The notes under the pieces were generated by a model that saw only the letters and a list, made by a program, of their open reading frames with translations, ran no database searches and was not told the DNA's origin. DNA of 64,000 bases from Spartobacteria bacterium (GTDB taxonomy: Bacteria; Verrucomicrobiota; Kiritimatiellia; RZYC01), in contig RZZM01000001.1 in NCBI GenBank assembly GCA_009929845.1, positions 14,166 to 78,165 of the forward strand. The letters run 5' to 3'. This document shows, in pieces, positions 39,434 through 47,700 of this stretch (within the stretch, counting starts at the first letter, position 1; each line of letters begins with the position of its first letter). A program made the translations under genes and the position numbers.

Positions 39434-39769
39434 ATGGACAAAGAAAAAGTACCGGACAGTGCCCCCCCCGCGGAACCGGGTGTATGCCCGGCATGCGGAT
39501 ACAGATTTAGCAAATGGCGCGTCCTGCGCCAGTTTGCGTGGCGGTTCCGGTGTGCCGGATGCGGCGCGGCGCTTTGTTTTTCGAAAACGTCCCTCCAGCG
39601 GTGCGCGGAATTTGCCGGTTTGTTTGTGCTGACCGCGTTTGTGGTTGTGGGGTGCGAAAATGCAAGGAAATGGCCTGTTTTTTCGACTATATTGTTGCTG
39701 GCGCTAATCAGTTCCCGTGTGGTTTTCACGTGGATAGCCCGTGTGGAAAAGGCGGAGCAGCCGGGATAA
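39434..39769 (+). CDS. Hypothetical small protein with a CxxC...CxxC zinc-ribbon-like N-terminus and a C-terminal TM helix
   Basis: CPACGYRF...CAGCGAALC, then a hydrophobic stretch. It overlaps the ORF extension upstream of lpxC. Confidence 0.3.
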   Translation: MDKEKVPDSAPPAEPGVCPACGYRFSKWRVLRQFAWRFRCAGCGAALCFSKTSLQRCAEFAGLFVLTAFVVVGCENARKWPVFSTILLLALISSRVVFTWIARVEKAEQPG

Positions 39770-39848
39770 AAATGGATGCAGCTTTCGGTTGCCACGCCGT
39801 ATTTTATCCGGTATGTTCCGTCCGCAATTTTATAGAAAAGGTCGATGT

Positions 39849-40880
39849 ATGCCCGAAGATATTTATGGAAGAATCATTGCCGGCGATGAAGCCCTCGCGC
39901 GGCAGTCCTATGCGGAATTTCAAGGTTTGGAGGTGGATTGGGACTTGCGCAACGGCTCCTGTCCGGCGCCCCGCGAGCAATTGACCACCATTGATGAGCC
40001 GGTAACCCTGACGGGGACCGGGACGTTCCTTGGCAAGGCCACGCGCACCATAACGTTGGAGCCGTGCGAACTGGAGGGGTGGTGGATCGACCGGTCGGAT
40101 TTGCCGGATTGTCTGCCGACCAGGGTCTCCATCCGCAATGTATGGACGACAGGCGACATGGTCAGCAATATTGTGTTGCGCAGTGGGTCGCCGCACAACT
40201 ACCTGCGTATGGTGGAGCACATTATCGCCCTGAAAGTGGGCATGGGCATAGACAACCTGATGGTGCGCATTGATTCGGGGGATCCACCGCTGTTTGAGCG
40301 GGGGAGCCTTGACCTTGTGGAGGCGATCGGTTCCCGCGAGGTACGCGAACTGCCCGGACGGGTGCGCTATGTGACGGTGAAAGAGAAGGTCACCGCGGTG
40401 GCCCCGCATGGCGGATTTGTGACCCTGGCGCCCTGTGCGGCTTCCGTGCCTGAACTGAACCTGGATTGCGCGGTCAATTTTCCTAATGCCATCGGCCGAC
40501 AGCGGATACAGTTCCCGGCGACGTATGATCATTTCCGGATGGGGGCCGAGGCGCGGACGAATACCACCTCCGGCAAGAAACTGTATTGTCAGACCATCGG
40601 AAAGCTTTTTGCGGACGTGCGGAACCTGGGGTATACCTACAAGAACGTCCTGGTAGCGGGAAAGGACCGCTACATCAACGAGCCCCGGCTCCTGCACGAA
40701 GGCAAGTCGCTTGAGGCGGTCTGGCACCGGGCCACACTTGACCTGTTGGCGGCTATCGCCCTGATTGATCGCGGACGGTTTGTCGGGGAGATCACCTCAT
40801 ATAAGGCAGGACATTCCCTGGATGTACATCTGATCACCCTGCTCTACATGCACGATCTGCTGGTTCCGGTTTTTGCGTAG
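39849..40880 (+). CDS. lpxC: UDP-3-O-acyl-N-acetylglucosamine deacetylase
   Basis: The N-terminal segment TLTGTGTFLGKATRTITLEP resembles the LpxC N-terminus. The C-terminal HRATLDLLAAIALI...YKAGHSLDVHL matches the LpxC HKxLD...SGH region. It has an N-terminal extension of about 40 aa. Confidence 0.75.
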   Translation: MPEDIYGRIIAGDEALARQSYAEFQGLEVDWDLRNGSCPAPREQLTTIDEPVTLTGTGTFLGKATRTITLEPCELEGWWIDRSDLPDCLPTRVSIRNVWTTGDMVSNIVLRSGSPHNYLRMVEHIIALKVGMGIDNLMVRIDSGDPPLFERGSLDLVEAIGSREVRELPGRVRYVTVKEKVTAVAPHGGFVTLAPCAASVPELNLDCAVNFPNAIGRQRIQFPATYDHFRMGAEARTNTTSGKKLYCQTIGKLFADVRNLGYTYKNVLVAGKDRYINEPRLLHEGKSLEAVWHRATLDLLAAIALIDRGRFVGEITSYKAGHSLDVHLITLLYMHDLLVPVFA

Positions 40881-40912
40881 TGTCGGTGATTAGCGGGCGT
40901 TTCGGATACTGT

Positions 40913-41545
40913 CTATTTGGCCGTCGCGTTAAAGATGCGGTCTCCCGCGTCGCCGAGGCCCGGCACGATGTAGGCTTGTTCGTTCAGGTGTGAATCGACG
41001 GCGCAGACATAGATTTGGGTGTCGGGGAATTCCGCGTGGATGCGCTGGATGCCTTCCGGCGCGGCGATCATGGAGAGCAGTTTGATGTGCGGCACCCCCC
41101 AGCTTCGTACCGCCTGGATGGCCGCGACGGCCGAGCCGCCGGTCGCCAGCATGGGGTCCAGCACCAATGCCACATCCACGGGCCGCCCGTCCGGCAGTTT
41201 CTTGTAATACTCCACCGGTTCAAAGGTTGTTTCATCCCGGTAGAAGCCAAGATGCCAGACCTCGGCTTCGGGCATCAGGTCCAGGACCGGGTCGACCATG
41301 CCCAGGCCCGCGCGCAGGATGGGGATTAAGCCCACCCGGGGTTTGATGATGCGTCCCTGTGTCACTGTAAGCGGCGTTTCCACCTGGACCTCTTCGGTTG
41401 CGAAGTCTTTGGTGGCCTCATAGGTCAGCAGGCGGGAGAGACGATGAATAAGATGCCGGAATGTCGGAGAAGAGGTATTTTTGTCGCGCATGCGGGTGAC
41501 GTGGTGTTGAATCAGCGGATGATCGATTTCAAATACGTTCTTCAT
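40913..41545 (-). CDS. upp: Uracil phosphoribosyltransferase
   Basis: IDHPLIQHH, ILRAGLGM, the PRPP-binding LVLDPMLATGGS and YIVPGLGDAGD. Confidence 0.92.
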   Translation of the reverse strand: MKNVFEIDHPLIQHHVTRMRDKNTSSPTFRHLIHRLSRLLTYEATKDFATEEVQVETPLTVTQGRIIKPRVGLIPILRAGLGMVDPVLDLMPEAEVWHLGFYRDETTFEPVEYYKKLPDGRPVDVALVLDPMLATGGSAVAAIQAVRSWGVPHIKLLSMIAAPEGIQRIHAEFPDTQIYVCAVDSHLNEQAYIVPGLGDAGDRIFNATAK

Positions 41546-41778
41546 TTCAAAAAGACATCTCCATGGTTAAACGTTTCGGGCTCATTGTTGTCATAACAGG
41601 TATAAGATTGCAATGTAATGTGTGAGAAAATAGACTGGATGAGGACAAAAAGAGTGACGGAATGAATGAAGGAGACCGCTTGACGTATTAAAAGAAAGCG
41701 GGTACGGTAATGAGTAAAGCGTTTTACTTGTATTTGACTGTGTCCCAGAATCGGGGTACATAGGTAGGTATTCATCGA

Positions 41779-44700
41779 GTGTGTATAGACATTTTGTCCG
41801 GCAAAGAAAAGAAAGGGCTTAACGTGAAAGCAAAGCTCAGACTGTGGTGTATGTGTCTGCTAATTGGAGGGGTGGTCGCGTCTGTCCCTGCATCCGCTGA
41901 GGTCATCCTTCAGGTGTTTAACAACACCTGGGCGGAGATCACGGAAAAAATTCCGGAATACGTCGAGGTGGGCTATACCGCCCTGTGGCTGCCTCCGCCC
42001 CAGAAGGCGGGCAGTATCTGGTCGGTGGGATATGACCTGTTTGATCCGTTTGATTTGGGCGGCATCGACCAGAACGGGTCCGTGAAGACACGCTACGGCA
42101 CGGAAGCCGAATTAAAGAATCTGATGGCGACGGCGCACCGTTTTGGATTGCGGGTATATTTTGACAACATCATGAATCACCGCGGGTATCACATTCCCGG
42201 CTACGATGCGAACACTCCGCTGGATGTCTACCCCGGCATGCTGCCGGAGGACTTTCACTTGCAGGTGACCCCGGAAGGATTCTACCGGGCCTGGCCGGAC
42301 ACCGTGAACTGGGGCAGCACCTGGGAGGTGCAGAATTACTGGCTTTCGGGGCTGATCGATATCTCCCACGAGGAACCCAACGCCAATTTCGGCCAGAACG
42401 CCGGCGACACCCACCCGCGCATCAAGTTCCTTCGTCATCCGAATAATCCGGAATTCTACGCCTACCTGCCGGATGATACCTACGTGGGGTTCAACAGCCC
42501 CCAGATAACAACCAATACCCTCGCGACCAATTCCTGGTATTACGAGGAGGATGTCGGCGCGTATCTGAACCGTTCTGTGCGCTGGCTGGTGAATGAAACA
42601 AAATGCGATGGACTGCGTCTGGATGCCGTGAAGCATGTGCCCGGCTATTTCTTCGGTGAGCAGTGGGCGGGGGACAAGGATTCCAGCGACGCCGGCTATT
42701 GTGGACAGGCCCAGGTGGAGTTCAATCTCTCGCGTGGCTTCAACGATTGGGACAATCACCGCGATACGGTGTTTGATACCGAGCTGGATTTCGGGCGCAA
42801 TGACCTGATGATTTTTGGTGAGCACATGGGCGAACCGCCACCGTACAGTGACTTCTGGGCGGCCGGCATGCGCCTGTTGGATGCGCGAACGCACTCGACA
42901 CTCAATGAACGCCTGGGGAATCCCTGGAGCAACCTGAATGGCCTGGACAGTGCGGATTACATTGATGGGGTTCAGATGGGGCAGCAATTGGGCATCTATT
43001 ATGCCAAAAGCCATGACGACGGGATCGCCAATCACGAGGAATTGCATTATGCGATCAATCTGACCCGCGCCGGATTACCGGATATCTATACCGACGGAAA
43101 CAGGCAGGCGGAAACACTCGGCGAAAGCGGCGGGGCCTTTCCCCGTCACGCCAATACCTGCTACCTCGGCCAGTGGGGGGATAGCCGCATTCCCAATCTG
43201 GTGTATATGCACAACCAATTTGCCCGTTCGTGGCAGTATCCCCGATTGTCTGATGACGATGTGGTGGCCTACGATCGCATTGATAAACGCGAGAACTCAG
43301 GGATGTCGGACGCTGATGCCTGCGTGATGTGTTTCATGTTGAATGACAATTACGCGGACGGGGCCTATCGCGAGGTCTCAACCGCGTTTCCTGAAGGGGC
43401 GTATCTATGGCAGTATGCCACAGGCGGCGGTAATTTTTACACGCAGGTCGACGGGGGTAAAATCAAGGTGATCATCCCCTCGGGCGGGTATTTTCTGTTT
43501 TCCTGGCGCAGTCCCGAAGAGTCGACCCTCTGGAGTTACGGCGGCGGCAACCCGTTGACGATTTATGAAAACGGAGAGGAATGCGGCTGGATGGGGTATT
43601 GGCGGTATGATGGGCCGGACGGCGATCCGAATTTCAATCCGTATGCGTCGGGTGTAACCACCAACTACGGATACAAATGGTGGGTGCCGCTGGTCACCTC
43701 CCGAACCAACCTGCGTTTCGCCACGCGCGTGGACGGCTCCGCCTATCATGTCATGTTCAAATTGGATGGCGGAATGGATTTGAACGGGGATGCGCACGCC
43801 CCCAGCGGCGACATGCGCGATCATCCACCGGGAAATGAAGGCAGTTACGATGTCTTTCTGGGGTACGAAGATGCTGATTTCGTGAAGCGTATCGGACCGG
43901 AGAAATTTGCGGACAGCGATACGTCCTCCAATACGATCGGTTCAGCGGGTAGCGGCAGCTATGAAATGACGATCGGATCGGACGGGGTGAATGTCAATCA
44001 CGGGAACGGCGCGAATGATTATGACAATACGCAGGGCGCTTCTTTTGTATACCATGACCCGACGGCCTCCACCGACTTTGGCGAAAGTCAGTTCTGGCCC
44101 CCGCCCAGCAATGCGGCCAATCAGGATTTGTGGATTCAGGTCAAGGTCGGTCAGGCGGGTGACATTAACCGGGTCTATCTCTACTATTCCATTGATGGCG
44201 AAACCTGGCCGGAAGGCGCCGGCGGTGAGGCGGTAGGCAACAATACCTATGTCACCGAGATGTATTGGACGACCAACTGGGTGGACGGGTCGGACACCAA
44301 CGACTGGTGGAAGTGCTCGATCCCCGGCGGCTTCCCGGCCGATACGGTGTTCCGGTACAAGATCGGCGCCTGCCGCGAACAGGGGTACGCAGGCGCGCCG
44401 TGGTATTGTCCGTTCCCCAATTCGGAATACGACATCGCCATGAAGACCCGCATGATGGGCCTCTGGGAAATCGACGACTTGAATGTAGATACCAATGTCT
44501 ATTATCAGCACAACGACTGGGGCAACGTCATTACCGGGCTGGTGGACGGCTTCCATGTCATTCGCTCGCGCGCCTTCCTGCAGCGGGAAACCCAGGCGCC
44601 CATCTACAACACCTTTACGCAGCCGTTCTATCTCGACGCCGAAACCGTGCAGGGCGAACTGATCTACCCGGCTGAAAACGATACCCTCTACAATAACGAA

Positions 44701-47700
44701 TATGGGTGCGTGCTGCGTACGGATTGGACCTGCAAAAAAGTATACTTCCATATTGAAGACAACGACCCTTCGAATGATGACGCCGCTACGGGTCGTACCC
44801 TGGGCAACGGCACGAACGCGGCGGGGGCCTGGGCCTGGGCGGAAGCCTCGGAAAATATCCCTGCCCTGAATATTGATTCTGTTTACCCCAAGGAATGGCG
44901 CTTTAACTACAGCAATATCCCATCGAACGGTGCTGCGGTTCTGTATATCAAGATGGCGGAATTGTCCTCCTCCACCAATTATCTGGATACGGCCGAGGAC
45001 GGACATTTCGGTGAAATCGTACGCAACCTGAACGCATCCGGCCCGGGCTATCGCATGTTTATGGCATGGCCACAGAATAACGGCGACACGGTCGGTGAAG
45101 GCTATGATATGAAGGTGCACTTCAGTTGGAACCTCTGGGAGGGCTTTGACGAGACCACCGTGAAAAATCGTTTCCTGATCACGATCGATGGCGAAACACA
45201 GGGGCGCGATAACTATTCCCTCTCCTGGGGCGGGGCCGGAGACTACCACGAGCTGGCCTATTCGTTGCCTGACCTCTATGACGGTTCTCCCGAAAACGTG
45301 CATGAGATTGTCGTCACCCACACCAATGCCGCGGGCAATGGCGTGACCCTGAACGCCGCCCGGGAGGTGCTGGCCTATCCCAGTTCGACGGGGCCCACCA
45401 TCCAGATCACCGATCCGCCCGAGTACGACAGCGACGGGGCGCGCTACCGGATCATTTTGCCGGATTTGGCGTCGCCCACACCGACTGATCGCATGTACCA
45501 GGTGTCTGTGCAAACGGACACGACGGTCAAGGACGTTTGGATTGATTTTACGAACAGCTCCACCGGGTATATCACGCCGGTGTCCGCCACCAATTACCTG
45601 ATGAGCAACGCCGTGACGGTCGTCAACGGCACCAACCTGGTGCTGGGCACAAACTTTAATTCGGTATTGTCCGCCGGGAACCGAATCCTCATCGCCTCCA
45701 ATGAGGTTACCGTTGCCACCATCCTCAACGACACCAACCTGCTGCTGCGCTTTAACTGGGACCAGGCCTCGGGCACCAACGTCGCCGCCTACCGCATCGG
45801 CGGAAATCCCACGGTCGAGGGCAGCGCGTATATCTGGAAGTTCTGGTGGACCAATATGACCAAAGGGTCCTACACCTTTGTCGCCAGCGCGACCACCAAT
45901 ACCGATACCTACAATGTGCATGCCGCCGCTACCCGTAATGCCACCGTGATCTTCCGCGAAATTGTCAATGCCTCCACCAATGATCTGGATGATGACGATG
46001 ACGGTCTCTTTGATGCTGATGAAACGACGTCCGTGGACTTACCCTCCTCCAATCCGGAATCCTGGACGAATGGCGTGGTGCATCAATGGTACTCCTTCGG
46101 AAAAACCGATCCGCTGATGCCCGACACCGATGGCGATGGGCTCCCCGACGCGCTCGAACTTGGCTTCCGCTATGCCTCGTCGTCCACCGATACCAACACC
46201 GATACCAACGGCGATGGCTATCCCAACTTCATCATCGACCTCGATCCGCCGATATATAATACGGTGCCCGATAACAGTGATATGCCCGGCTTCAACCTGA
46301 ATGCGTCCCGCACCTCGAAACTCATGGGGTCGACCACCGACCCCAATAATCCGGATTCCGATTATGATGGTCTTCCTGACGGCGTTGAAGACGCCAACCG
46401 CAACGGATGGGTCGACGGGGACCACGATGCCCTGCCGGTTGGTTATGAGCCCTGGGACGGATGGGATTATCCCCGGGGTGTCTGGTCGGCGTCCTGGACG
46501 GAAACTTCGCCCAACCTGGCGGATTCCGATGGCGACGGGCTCAGCGACGGATACGGCGAGGATGGCGACCTGAACGGGGCCATCGCCGGCGACATCAATT
46601 CCAATCGCGTCTATGACCCCGGGGAGCAGTGGACGGAAACCGATCCGTTGAACCCGGATACGGACGGTGACGGGCTGCCTGATGGTTGGGAAGTGACCTA
46701 CAGCCTGAGTCCGTGGGATGATGGGGTAATCGGGCATACCAATATGTACGACGGCTCCCTCATTACCACCAATACGCATGGACCGGACGGAAACCCCGAT
46801 GGGGATTATATTGTCGACGGCACCGTGACCAATCCGTATACCAATATCCGGGAATATGAAAATGGCACCAACCCACGCTATTTTGACCCCCTGGAGCCGC
46901 CGCCGGAAGGCAGCATTGTCATCGGCCCCGGTCCCTCGCTGGGCGAACTGACCGGCTTGGGCACGCAATATACCGAGTTCACCGACTGGACTGCCGACGA
47001 TGTGCTGGCCCTCGATGAATACGAAGGAGCGGGTAAAAATTCAGAAGGCGGTGACATCTATAGAAAGTGGGATGAATGGGACAGCTCCCGTGACCTTGTC
47101 GCGTTCTATGCCCGCGACGGTGGTTCCGATGTAAATGAATTCTATTTCCGTGTCGACTTGCATGATCTGAAGGCGCATGCGGAAGAGGGAAATGTGGATT
47201 TCTACGTGGTCATCGATACCGGCAATCCGTCCGTCGGCGAGATGGCCCTGCCGGACGAGGTGGACTGCACCACCTCCATGCGCTGGGAGGCGGTCGTTGC
47301 CGTGTATGATTCAGGAAACGGCGCGGTGTATGTCGATACCGACCGTGAGCACAACACGACGGCATCCTATCAGAACCTCTATGACTATGGGGTGGTGCGT
47401 CGCGATATGTCCGACCCGATGGGTTTTATCGAGGCCTACTTCAACTCCAGCCTCGACGCGGTCGAGTTTTCTATCCGCCGGTCCGGTCTCACCGATTCCA
47501 CATCCGGCGCCGGCTGGAACGGCCTGAACCCGGGCGACTTGAATTATCAGGTCTATTCGGTCGCGGATGGCACTTGTAATACATGCGGAGAAGAAGGGGG
47601 CGCTGGCGGGGGCGATATTGGTGGTCGTCCGGATATCCGGGACGCCATTTACAACGACTACATCGCCGAGGATTTCTGGAATGCGCAGGCGGGTTTGCCG

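Noticed and set aside
41680-41760. Candidate sigma-70 promoters (TTGACG-N17-TACGGT; TTGACT-N17-TACATA) upstream of the giant gene
   Set aside because: The -10 elements match consensus at only 3 of 6 positions, too weak to call without transcript data.
43942-45921. Long antisense ORFs inside the giant gene (659 aa here; also 42112-43047, 46039-46968, 49405-50277) and elsewhere (9542-10867, 21814-23184, 27821-29191, 56811-57998, 5698-6747, 6693-7523)
   Set aside because: High GC suppresses stop codons in non-coding frames. Each lies fully opposite a CDS with strong domain signatures. Their translations are low-complexity Arg/Gly/Pro/Val-rich with no motifs.
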